Origin: Parasitella parasitica NRRL 2501
Taxonomy: Eukaryota; Fungi; Mucoromycota
Direction: 5' to 3'
Assembly (NCBI GenBank): GCA_025201805.1
Contig: MU619310.1
Coordinates: forward strand, 2,767-66,766
DNA: 64,000 bases
Made by a program: the position numbers and the translations under genes. This document shows, one piece after another, positions 52,385 to 64,000 of the stretch (positions within the stretch are counted from its first letter, which is position 1; each line of letters opens with the position of its first letter). Under the pieces are notes generated by a model, which saw only the letters and a list, made by a program, of their open reading frames with translations, did no database searches and was not told the origin of the DNA.

Positions 52385-53338
52385 CTCAATTAGCGTTTAT
52401 GGTACTCTATGAATATAAAAGTGGCATCCAAAGCAGCACCCATCGAAGATTTTCTCAAAAAAGATGGGCTTGGAGGCGCTTAAAATGAATTTGAAAGTAA
52501 AGCAATGAATCGGGATGAAGAATCTCAAGAAACGAGACAGGCTGCAGCTGATGCTCTCGCCGCAGCCTTCTCGAGGGTTTCAACTTAAAGGAGCCCCAGA
52601 TGGGTAGATTCATCAGAAATGAATGTGACTAGACCGTGAAACATATCACTCGACATTCCAAGACGAGAAACTCCCCCGAAACGCTTCTCAAAAGGAAAGA
52701 GTGGGTCAAAAGATGGCCGCAAACAGACATGGACTACCTGAGTAATTGCGTCTTTGTGGATGAGTCTGCATTTGATATCAATACGAGGCCTTCAACAGCA
52801 AGATCTGCAAAAGGTACACCAGCAATTGTTACAACACCATCAACTCGTGCAGTCAGTCATACCGTTTTAGGGGGCCATCTCTGCTATGGGCGTGGTGAAT
52901 ATCGAGATTAGATGGCCCAATATGAAGCCAAAGAGAATCAAAGCCGATGGCACTCGCAAGAGAAAACAACCGCTGCCTAAGAAGGCGTTGTTAAAAGGGA
53001 GCTGTCACCGGCCACTATATGTTATTCCTGCAGAATACAATGAATTTCATGGACCAGTATTTCGACACGAAGGGTCTCTACATCGTCATGGACAATGCCC
53101 CAATACACATTGCTGATGACATCGAACAAATGATTACAAAAAAAGGATACAGAAGCGTTTACCTTCCTTCGTATTTGCCAGAGCTAAATCCTTTGGTATA
53201 CAATGAAATCGTATGTCAAGAAAGGTAAATTTAGTGGAGAGGAAGATCTTAAAAATGAGAGTGACCGAGGCAAGTAATGGAGTGAGAGCTACCACCCTCT
53301 TGAATATGGGCCAGCATTCTGTGAGAATTTTTGACAAA
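52385..53338 (+). mobile_element. IS630/Tc1-like DDE transposase pseudogene with left TIR
   Basis: NCVFVDESAFDIN, IVMDNAPIH and YLPSYLPELNP, with frameshifts. TIR-like CTCAATTAGCGTTTATGG at 52385. Confidence 0.9.
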
Positions 53339-53863
53339 AGATCGTGGGTGGGGGTTTATTAAATACGCCATTTGGGATCACCGTAAACAATGATTGAGAT
53401 GTGAAAAACGCAATTTGGGGTTATTGGGAAGAGAATTGGGTCTTGTGTTGGGCATATCATGTCCTAGCAGGTGTAAGGCTTTTGGATTATCTTTAGATAG
53501 TAAACATCCGAGCCAAGTTAAAACCTAGAGACGGAAATAAGCGTCTGTTTAGTGAACAAAATTGCTGTAGCAATCTAGAGATCATCCTAAATGGGTTCCT
53601 TTGGACAATCAGTGAGATAATACGTCTTTTCGGATAAAGCAATTCTGTGGAGACTCTTGCCAGTAGTCTTGAGAGCTTGAATCACCTAGCATTTTCATTA
53701 GAAACATTTACAAGACTGATAGCAAGAGCACGTAAGATGCAACTTGCAAGCAATTGTTATTAGACTTGAGGGTTAAACAAATTCAATATATTTAACTTTA
53801 ACATAATCAATAAGACATGATGGGGAGTGGTATACATTAGGGATGAAATTATATACATAGTGG

Positions 53864-55892
53864 TTACAACAGGCAGTGGGCTACAGTTTCGTGTTCGGGC
53901 ACAGGCATTAGGCCCAAGTTCTCGAGTTTCAACTGTTTGAAGACAGATTGCTGTTTTTGAATATTACCCTATCAAATTGTTAGACAAAGCCGTATATAAA
54001 ACACCTGCTTCAAAACTTACCAACATGAATGCAAACAGTTCAAAAACTCTCATATAATGGAGGCCGTTTTCAATACAGAGTGGCACTGAAGCTGAACGAC
54101 ATTCAACAACTTTCCAAGTTGATCGAGACTTGACAGCGTATTTGATCAGAGTGATCTTGTTCTCAATAATTTGGCAGGAGAAAATGTTCACCTTCTTGAT
54201 GGTGTTAAAAGAGGCATTGCGGTACTGACTAAACATATACTTTAAATTGTCATGGCCGTTCTTGATATTCTTGAGAGTGTCGTTGAGGGAATGAGATACC
54301 ACCTTGTCATTGCTAAAGCCGCTGCTTTCCATTACTATGTATGTACTGTCAATTTTTGCCAAGGTGCCAACACCATCAAGTAGTTTCAAATTATCCTTCT
54401 TTTCCTTGGAGAAATCATTTGAGACAAGCCAGACATAATCAGCATCCTTTGCTTTCTTTTCACACCTACATGTTGAAAGTTTGAAATGTTGATTAGATCT
54501 ACTAGTGTCAAATGTCTTTAACTATTCCTGCTGAATTACCATGTATAATTCAATACGCTAAGGCAATTGCCAAAAGCTTTGAATATTGGGATATATACTT
54601 CGCAAAAAATGCTGCGTTCGTCGCTTTTTCCATTGAAACTACCAGGTTTCAATAGATTCAAGGTGAAATCAAGCAGGGCGTACTGGACAAATTCATTAAA
54701 AGCGCTTGATTCAGCAGGGAGGTCCATAATTGCTTTCTTCATCTTCAGACGATCTTGGATTTGCAGAATCACTAGTAGTTTGTCATAAACTTCACCGGGC
54801 ACTTCTTTAAGAGACTTGTACAAGTTTTGTTCATTCATGCAAACCACAAACTCTTGCTTGGTTTCTTCGGTAGCCTTATCTTGATTCGTCCCAATGCAGA
54901 TGTCAAAATAGTCCTTCAGAACACCTAAATCGCTTGCTTGAATGATGGGTTTGTGAGGTGAAATGATATTTAGGGCTGGTGCTTGGTACTTGTATATATT
55001 TTTCTCTTTAACGACCTTCAGAGTTGGAAACTAATTTTATTCGTTAGAACTCATGTCCATAATGTAAAATGCGTGAACATACTTCCTCCTCTTCTTCTGT
55101 GAAAGGGTCATCAATATGGATGTTGGAAGCAGTAGTGGCATTACCAGCTTCAGGCTCACCAGTGAATGATCGTGTAGATGCAAATGGCTAGAGTCAAAAT
55201 TTAGTATTGAAATATGCATTTCTCATAATCTAGTGAATGCAAAAGTCTACAACAGACTGACTTGCCTGTACATTTGCTGTTTCTTCTTCACAAAGAGGAT
55301 CGTCTTCGTCTTCCGAATGACTCGTCAAATCTGACTGTCCTGCATCATTTGTGTCTTCATCAGTTCCGTCGTCATTAAACAGCTGATCCAGTCTATCCTG
55401 CATGTTCTTCCTGTGAGCTTTAGCTTCAACTGTCGTGAGGATCCGGCTGGTAAAACGAGCTTCAGTCTGCGCTTCTTCTTCAAGCTCTCTAAGTTGATAA
55501 TCGTTGAGAAGCTTCCTGTATTCCATGTTGAGTTTCTGTTTACTGTTTTCAGTTTCGAATTGTCGAATGAGAGCAATACCGTAATTTTTCAACTTTGCAT
55601 CTGCATCCTTATTGTTGATGATTCTGTGGAGAGTTCCATATAATACTGTCATCAACTGCTTTGAAGTGCTCTCCGGAATATCTGTATGCTGAAAGTAAGA
55701 GCGAACCAAGGAAGCCTCCTGCTTCCATTCTCGTGCCTCTAATGTAGCAATGAAATCAGGCGTCTTTAGCTTCCTAGCGAGGTCCTTGGTTAAAACAGTG
55801 TTTCCAGGAAGGTTCCGGAGACAGGCTCTCTTACTGCTAATTGGTGCTGATTGCAACGTGGTTTCCTTTTGCTTCCTTTTATTCGTGGTCAT
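53864..55892 (-). CDS. Uncharacterised multi-exon protein with PD-(D/E)XK-like (restriction-endonuclease fold) C-terminal motifs
   Basis: Five exons splice in frame by my reading. Motifs: DERSIFCEVYIPIF..YTWCEK, LLDGVG, IVMESSG, SHSLNDTLK and RSASVP. The fold assignment is inference. Confidence 0.65.
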
Positions 55893-56099
55893 GATGAGTG
55901 ATAAAATGCCTTATTTTGAGGACAAATTCCGTTTATTTTCGTCAGAATTGCACTTTATTAAATGTAGCAGCTACTGGAGCAAACAATAAAAACCTTTAAA
56001 AAAAAAAATGTAGCTACTGTATTTGGCTATACAACGAGGAAAAAAACTGACGGAATGCCTTATCCAATCTTGGCAGTTTCTTTTCTTACAGTATCTGCT

Positions 56100-57060
56100 G
56101 CTTCTTCAATAAATGTGCTGTCAAATTTTTCTTTTCGTCAAAGGATGTCTAGCGTCAAAGGACTTTATCTTTGAGAAGCATTCTTCATCCATATTAAAAA
56201 AAAGGAGAGAAAACAAAGTTGATAAAGTACTGATGCTTCGGAATTTACTTTATTAAGCCATCCTTGAACAACGATGGCACGGTGAATACGAGTATTCTTT
56301 AAAATAATGTACTAAGTCCGTTTATTTTTCAAAGATTCGATCAACACTTTTGAAAAATCAAGGAAGATCATGGCATTGATACCTCCAGGAACTATTTTTG
56401 CATGAATTTTTTTCAATATCATCATGGGAAATTGCAAGAATGGTAATGTTAAGGTCCCTGGTTTTTTTTTATTGTTGACAATTACTGCTTCCCCTTTCTT
56501 GGATCTGGCAAATTTTCTAATTTGAGAACTGGTAAAACCTGACTCATCTACGAAAATACAATTACTAGCGTAGTTAATGTTGCTGGAAGTAAGCTTGGTG
56601 ACAAAGTCTATTCACTTCTGGAGTATGCCTTCATCATTTCTTTTTAGTAACTAAAGGCTTTGCAATTTTCAAAGTGAAAGCAATCTTGTTGATCAAATGT
56701 AAATGAATGCCACTGATGCTTAGCTTGATATCAACCCCTTCAAGGACCTTTTGCTGTAGATCTTGAAGTGTTTGAACATTGTCATCATCGAGTAAATCCC
56801 TCGTAAAGTCAGATACTTTGTTTGTTATCTTAACCTTTTAATTACACCCTCCTCTCTTTTTGGCTTCATAGCACCCTTCTTTGATAAAGACATCTACCAT
56901 TGTATTTGTCGTCGAAGCTGCAGCACGATCCTCCTTAGTAGCCTCTGCAAGTGAATAGCCTTCTTGCAGTACTTGATCAATAATTTTCCTACGCTTTACA
57001 AGAGTTGTTTTTCCGTTGGGCCTTCGCTATGGGTGGGGATGTCTTTGATCTGTGACATTT
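56100..57060 (-). mobile_element. Second, more decayed IS630/Tc1-like transposase remnant
   Basis: KKRGG, LSISGIHLHL..FTLK, NYASNCIFVDESGF, IILKNTRIHR and EECFSKIKS, with many stops. Confidence 0.85.
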
Positions 57061-57396
57061 TGATTTCTGTTTGAGTTTTCACTTGATGACATGGCTAAAC
57101 TGTTATAACTTTAAGATTTGAAAACTTATATGTAGTATTATAAAGTGTAAAAACAAGACGGATACACCATCAAAGTTTGATTTAATATTTAAATTGCTGT
57201 ATTCAACAAGGTGATCTACAGTACAGTATGCTGTAGATAGAGAAGAAGAGGAACGCGAAAAAGAGGGGACAGTACTTCAAACATACAGAACAGGTGACGT
57301 CGCATATTATTTCTCATTTCACTCCATTATTTTTCCTTTTGCACAATCTTTGTGAAAGATCATTGACACATTGATATGCGATCAATTTCCAGGATA

Positions 57397-58340
57397 TCAT
57401 GTACCAGCAGGTGTAAGGCTTATGGATTATCTTTAGTCAGTAAACATCCGAGCCAAGTTCAAATCTAGAGACGGAAATAAGCGTCTGCTGTTTGCCTCTT
57501 GTTCCAAGCTTAAAGTATACGTACTTTTTGTTAAGGGGATAGCAACCCGAGCAAGTCGCAGTACATGATAATGCTAGTTATGATCATACACCAATATCGA
57601 GGTAAGCTATAGATGGCCACAAATCCTGTTTAGTATTGCAGCTAACTATTTTTCTCTTGAAATGCATAACTCAAACTGCAGAGATACAGCTTTTAATGCC
57701 ACCTGATGCAAGCTTTTGTTAGTCTACAGATTGTACTCATGTCGTTCAACCCGTGCAATTGAAGGTCATTTTATACAAGAGTAGCTTAAAGTGTATCTCC
57801 ACTAAGCACATTATATACGTATTTTGTGTTACGAAGATGGCAATTCGTGGAATACGGCATCAGTGTTGGGCATTTCATGTACCAGCAGGTGTAAGGCTTA
57901 TGGATTATCTTTAGTCAGTAAACATCCGAGCCAAGTTGAAATCTAGAGACGGAAATAAGCGTCTGCTGTTTGCTTCTTGTTCTAAGCTTAAAGTATACGT
58001 ACTTTTTGTTAAGGGGATAGCAACCCGAGCAAGTCGCAGTACATGATAATGCTGGTTATAATCGTACACCAATATTGAGGTAAGCTATGGATGGCCACAA
58101 ATACTGCTTAATATTATAGTTAACTCTTTTTCTCTTGACACGTATACCTCAAACTGCAGAGATACAGCTTTTAATGCCACCTGATGCAAGCTTTTGTTAG
58201 TCTACAGATTGTACTCATGTCGTTCAACCCGTGCAATTGAAGGTCATTTTATACAAGAGTAGCTTAAAGTGTATCTCCACTAAGCACATTATATACGTAT
58301 TTTGTGTTACGAAGATGGCAATTTGTGGGATACGGCATCA
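57397..58340 (+). repeat. Tandem duplication with 478 bp period; partial third copy at 53445-53547
   Basis: 57397-57862 matches 57875-58340 (TCATGTACCAGCAGGTGTAAGG...TACGGCATCA) with scattered substitutions. Confidence 0.95.
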
Positions 58341-59153
58341 TCAATGTTCAGTCTTTGGGCAGCAGGTGTGTGGAAAAATGACTTAAATTATTATTTGCCA
58401 GGAGTAATGGTTCATGAGTTTTGCTTCGTTTTAAGGCGTTGGTAACGAGATAATCTCTGCGCAGTCTTACTCATCGTTGTCATTCACGCTACGTTCAAGT
58501 CAGTGGACACATTTCTTGCATATTCGTTTGTTACAAGCTACTCACACATATACACATGTACATACTTGAATGAACATTTGGCAAACGTTAGCTGATGCAG
58601 TTTCCTATTAGCCTTGTGAAAATATCCGTAATGCTCTTGCTATTGCCATCTCGATCTGATTTCTTGGATGAAAGCAATGTACTTGCGCTAATCACGTCTT
58701 CGTTCCCCTGAGACAGCATGCATGTAATGGAGATGGCGATCTGCGCACGCCAAGCCTTGATCGGTATATGAGCTGTGGTAGAGTTTGGTTGTGCTTAATA
58801 GTTGGAGTCAAATGTTTTCGGCAATACCTGGTTCTGCAGAGGTCCGAAAGGTTCGGTGCAGTCATCATCCATTAATGTCCTGAGCTAGTTGTATTATGCG
58901 ATTAGCAGGGCTGTATAAATGTGCAGCGCTTTTTTCATGGTACAGAAGGCCTCCTTATGCTATAATAATAAATCTACATTCAGTACGACGTATGTTGTAG
59001 ATGTAAGCCAGGAAAGCTCTCAATCAATTGACCATATCAAATTAAACATGCTATAAAGTATGTGCGTATCAACGAAATTGAACAGATCAAAATCACTACA
59101 TTATGGAAGGTGGTAAACTGCTTTTCTAATTCTTGATGGATGCATAATAGGCC

Positions 59154-59726
59154 CTCAATTAGCGTTCATGGTAATCTCAAATGACGTATTCAATAAACAA
59201 AACCGATCTTCTTACAAGAGATGTGTCTGAAAATTGCAGTAAAACCTTACTGAATAGGCTCCATTCAAAGACATTTGTCAAACATGTTCAGAGAATGCTG
59301 GCCCATATTCAAGAGGGTGGTAGCTCTCACTCCATTACTTGCCTCGGTCACTCTCATTTTTAAGATCTTCCTCTCCACTAAATTTACCTTTCTTGACATA
59401 CGATTTCATTGTATACCAAAGGATTTAGCTCTGGCAAATACGAAGGAAGGTAAACGCTTCTGTATCCTTTTTTTGTAATCATTTGTTCGATGTCATCAGC
59501 AATGTGTATTGGGGCATTGTCCATGACGATGTAGAGACCCTTCGTGTCGAAATACTGGTCCATGAAATTCATTGTATTCTGCAGGAATAACATGTAGTGG
59601 CCGGTTACAGTTACCTTTTAACAACGCCTTCTTAGGCAGCGGCTGTTTTCTCTTGCGAGTGCCATCGGCTTTGATTCTCTTTGGCTTCATATTGAGCCAT
59701 CTAATCTCGATATTCATGACGCCCAT
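59154..59726 (-). mobile_element. Inverted partial copy of the 52.4-53.3 kb IS630/Tc1 element, carrying the right TIR
   Basis: 59274-59726 is the reverse complement of 52886-53338 (identical ORF translations in the track). CTCAATTAGCGTTCATGG at 59154. Confidence 0.92.
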
Positions 59727-60179
59727 GTATAAAATTCCACGATAGAATTTACAGTAGAAGCGGCAACAGGTTGCTCGCTTGCTGCTTTGGAAAGAGTACT
59801 GCCTGCTTCAAGAACATCGCTGGTGATAGCCTTGCGCTTGCAGCTGTGATTTTTGCGTATGGGCCTCTGTTTTTTATGGGGATGTCTGGGATCAGTTGAT
59901 GCGACATTGGAACTTTGCTTAGAGTTGTTAGGCATTGTTAAATTTACTATAGCGAGATGGCAAAGCAGATGTGCCAGCACTTTACTTGTGGAAAAAGAAG
60001 TTACATGAGATCTCAAGGATTGATTTCATGTTGTCCATTATGATGACGAATTGTGTAGTATTTTTTTTCTCCCACAAAATATAAATTAAAACTTCGAAAT
60101 TGGATTTGCTGCGACACCCTTTTTTTTTTTTTTTTTTTTTTTTCAGAACGAGTTGAATATTGGATCATAAAGGTTTAAT

Positions 60180-62728
60180 ATGACTTTTACTCAACTAAAA
60201 AAGACACCCTGCAATGGTAAGAATGGTTGGTCTGCACATTGTTGTCACGTATAGCTAACCAAGGAACCTTGTCATCAACACATAGGTTGCCGAGAAAGAA
60301 AACGAAAATGCAACTATGAGCAGCCATGCGAAAGGTTTGTTTATGTTAATGTACTTGGCTGGTGTTTATTTAACACTTGATTCTATGTAGATGTCTCAAA
60401 GCTGCTGCAGAGTGCACATATACAGTGATGCCATCTCCAAAAGATATAGAATACATGCAAGAGCTCGAATACATGAATCAAATAGATGCAATTCGACATC
60501 AGATATCTTGTATGGAAAACGAAATTGGGATACTAAAGTTAGCAAGAGAAAGCAAGTCGGGCCAAAGCGAACAGCAAGCGCCTGCGGCAACTAATTTGCA
60601 AGACTACCCTTCTCCTGTCTCAATAAAACATCCTGCTGTGGATGATCATCATCGCCACCATACACATAAACATAGACGTGGCCCTATGTTATTACAAGAC
60701 CCTTTTATAGACTACGAAGGAGTGCCACCATCACAGCCCTCACAGCCTTTAGAATTTCTGCAAATGGAGCCGTCCACTAGGCATAAGCGAGAATTTAAAA
60801 ATGGCAGAAAGAAGAACCATCACGCACATCACCATTTTTTTAAGAGTAACAATATACAAGTCGAGTTGAAATCTCAGCAGCAACAAGAAAATGAATCCAA
60901 GCCTTGGTCATTAACAGTGAAGAATGGCAATATGACAATCGAGACCTTCATTGATTCACACGCACAGCTCATGAATTGCCTCGGCGGCATGGTTTCGACT
61001 GTAATTTACCAAGAAAAGACGTCGCAGCTACCGTTTCCATTCAACGTTGAACCAATGACACATGCAACAGCTATGAATAAAGTGCTAAGTATCTTGATTT
61101 GGAGGAATTATGGCAAATCGCGGTTCAAAAGTCTGACTAAGTACACGCCTGTTTTACTGCATTCTGTTGCTCCCCAGCAACTAACTCGCATTATTCCCGT
61201 CGAGGGCCTTACGAATATCACAATGCGACTTGTATTCGCCTACTTTCAGTGCCAGCATTTGCACCATTTCACCCTGTATATCCCTGAATTCGTAAATACG
61301 TACATGAATGAGGGAATACTCCAATCGCCTGCTGTCATGGCATTGTGTAGCCACCTTTGCCAGCAGTCTTGTAAACATGGCGCCGAAATTTTACCTCTGG
61401 ATGCAATGAGAGAATATGGATTATACTACTTTGAGCGGGCCCGAGAATTGATTGAAGACAAGTTTGATGAAATCACTATGGAAACTCTGATCACTTTTAC
61501 ATTCATGGCCTTGTACAAAATCAAAACAAAAGACGATGTGGAAGGAGATCGGTATTTATCTATGGCAGAGCGTATTTATGCTATGCTCCTGCCTCTGCAT
61601 GAATATAAACCTCCCAGCGACAAAGAGCCCACGGGCGAATCCATGCTTTTCAGTAGAATATTCCGCTGCATGAACCATTGTCGGTCTGTCCTAGAGCTTC
61701 ACGACGTCATGCATCGAATGTTTAAAGTACGTGGGATGGGCCCTCACAAATTATTCAGACTGCTGGATAGTGGAGACATGGTTAAAGTACATATATTTCC
61801 AGGCGACTCTCCCAAAGAAATACAGTTTATCAAAATGGAACATTACATTAGTACTTTACGACGGGTAATCAAGGAAGGAGCTCGCTTTGCTGAAGCTACT
61901 GATTTCCCGTCCTATATTGGCGTCTTTGGACATCACATTGAAATGGCTATGAGGAACTGGTACAGAAATTCACTACCAGAGAGCTATCAGCTTTCCCTGC
62001 CTTTATTCGATGACCATATCAACGACCTAGACTTTTTTACGACTTTGGAGAAGGAATGTCAAGAATCGCCCATCCCTCTGCTTACAACGATTGCACTCTA
62101 CAACGAGTATCTCATCATGGCCAAGTCCTACATCCCCAAAAACCCTGCAGAAGCACAGTTAGACACGGAAGAATTAATCAGGAAATTCAAGCAAATGCAG
62201 TACACCACCAAGCACGGCATGAGAGATAGACAAGATCCTTCCACAGACACCTATAAACACGATGATCGTTCCCGCTTCTGGTTCAAGGTGATTGAAAAGG
62301 TTAAATATTTCAAAAAGCACCATCAACAGCAGTTTTCAGACGAGGAATTGGAGCAGTCGGATGAAGAATACTTTACGCAATTCATCAGAGCGCTGAATCC
62401 ATCAAAGATTGATTTTAATATGCCTCTTATACACACATCTGTGAAATCAGCATTGAATATAGTGCGCATTGTGCAGTTCCTAGTGTCGCATGATTGTGGC
62501 TGTTTCTTGGATCTGCGATGGATCATGAATGCTTGGGAAGTTCTTTTGAGAGCTGCTAGATTTAGATATCAACAGCCAGACGACGAGGCTGTTACACTGG
62601 ACCGTATTCGTGCCAACTTGATCCTGTGCTTGGATATCGTCAAGGAGCAGCTGGAATCGTACAATCGCGATCCAGAAGGTGAATTCATGCTGGAAATGGA
62701 TCAACAATTTAAGCAGCTATTTGTATAG
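60180..62728 (+). CDS. Zn2Cys6 transcription factor (3 exons)
   Basis: Spliced N-terminus MTFTQLKKTPCNG|CRERKRKCNYEQPCER|CLKAAAECTY joins the 783 aa ORF. Confidence 0.9.
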
Positions 62729-62823
62729 CTTTTTTTTTTTAATGTTTGTAATATAAATTTCATTTTGTCTGTAAATAAATGCACTTTCATATCAGTATCT
62801 TGTATCTAGAAGGGTATTTTTTT

Positions 62824-64000
62824 TTAACGCTTGATGAATTCAATAGTGGATCCTTTTGTCTCTGTTCTGCCTGTCCATGACCAGATACTGGTGGTCGATT
62901 CAGTTTTCTCTGCAGCATCTCCGCCTTCAAGTCGGTATTGCTTGACAAGCTGGATTAATGTAGCCACCAAAAAATCTTGGCTTGCTTTGGATGCGATGCA
63001 GGCACGACGACCGGCACCAAATGCTAAATGGTCGCTAGCAGGCTTATTATCATTCTCCAGAAGGGGGCTCGTCATCTTTGGAGGCTGTAAGAAGCGAGTG
63101 GGATTAAAGCTTTGGGGCTCGGAATAGTATCTACTATCACTGTGAATGGCATGTACGTTCAATACAATTTCCGTGTCTGTATCCACGCGATAAAGAGAAT
63201 TGTTCCATTCCAAGTCATAATCTGTACGAGGGCCATAGCTGAGAATACGATTGGGTGTATCGCAGCGCAGACTCTCGTTGACGAAAGCGTAAGCCAGCGT
63301 CTTGTCTTCACTTGTAGTCTCTTGCTGGAGTCTTTCTTGAAGTTTGGGCTCGGTTGCCAATCGCTGGATCAGTGTAAATAGCGCAGAAGCCAGGTAGGTG
63401 TAAGCGTGCATGATCATATGCACGGCATTGACCAGGATTTCGTCTTTGGAGAGCTGAACAGGCTCAGGATCGTTTTTAGAAGGCTCAATGTTTAATAGGC
63501 TCTTGGTGATTGAATCCAGTTGTTCATTACTTGCCCATTGTTTGGCTTGCTCTTGGCTCAGAGGCACATCATCGTCTCTTAGTCTATACACTTGCTCAAA
63601 CCAAGGAAGCACCACCTCCAAAACCTGGTTGTGTGCATCTAAATCTCGAGAATCTAGGGCACATAAACTCTTGACATCCAACCAACCATTAATAGCTGGG
63701 AAAAACTGGGCCATACGATTATACTTGCGCGTTTGTCTCGTCTCCAGAGCATGGCATTTTTGGATCAAGGTCATTATAGCAACTGGGTCTCTTTTGATCT
63801 TGCTGGGACCCAGTACCATGGTCAAAGCCGAGTCCATAGTGATCATATCCACCAGTTGGCGCAATTGCTCGGCAGTCAACTTGCCGCTTCCTTCTTCAAG
63901 CGCAATTCCATACACCAATCTCATTGCTTGCTCCTTGAATAGTTTTGAAAACTGAGGTGCATACATTTTGCCCACCACAATGTAAGTTGCTCTTCTGATC
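62824..64000 (-). CDS. Cytochrome P450, C-terminal part (5' end outside the window)
   Basis: ESLR (ExxR), FNPTRF (PERF) and heme motif LAFGAGRRACIA. Confidence 0.9.
   Translation of the reverse strand, partial: IRRATYIVVGKMYAPQFSKLFKEQAMRLVYGIALEEGSGKLTAEQLRQLVDMITMDSALTMVLGPSKIKRDPVAIMTLIQKCHALETRQTRKYNRMAQFFPAINGWLDVKSLCALDSRDLDAHNQVLEVVLPWFEQVYRLRDDDVPLSQEQAKQWASNEQLDSITKSLLNIEPSKNDPEPVQLSKDEILVNAVHMIMHAYTYLASALFTLIQRLATEPKLQERLQQETTSEDKTLAYAFVNESLRCDTPNRILSYGPRTDYDLEWNNSLYRVDTDTEIVLNVHAIHSDSRYYSEPQSFNPTRFLQPPKMTSPLLENDNKPASDHLAFGAGRRACIASKASQDFLVATLIQLVKQYRLEGGDAAEKTESTTSIWSWTGRTETKGSTIEFIKR

Noticed and set aside
58833-58862. CTGCAGAGGTCCGAAAGGTTCGGTGCAG resembling a hammerhead ribozyme core
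   Set aside because: Lacks the CUGANGA and GAAA core in the correct positions; only a short hairpin.

Overview
Eukaryotic fungal DNA, most likely Mucorales (inferred from short 50-70 nt spliceosomal introns, AT-rich spacers, and Mucorales-type F-box, kelch, LINE, IS630-Tc1 and DIRS families). It contains six N-gaps. Ordinary genes: kelch membrane protein, LACTB2, CNH-domain protein, DDX42, F-box, PPR, PAN6, PP2A B'', USP7, PCL-type cyclin, Zn2Cys6 TF and a partial P450. These are interleaved with three transposon-debris zones (1-6.6 kb, 16-24 kb, 52-60 kb). Main points: (1) an intact six-gene gentisate / 3-hydroxybenzoate catabolic cluster at 27.1-38.0 kb. Its gene set matches the ascomycete gentisate cluster, a GGA-N6-TCC palindrome occurs in every one of its promoter regions, and it is a candidate horizontal acquisition. 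(2) A decayed intron-containing Fanzor (TnpB-like RNA-guided nuclease) gene at 22.7-23.8 kb, next to an IS630/Tc1 remnant and a short array of alternating hairpin repeats with variable spacers. (3) A probable ~6 kb inversion flanked by a 450 bp inverted duplication. (4) Paired Gcn4 sites upstream of a Pcl5-like cyclin. All protein calls are motif recognition by eye; no database searches were run.
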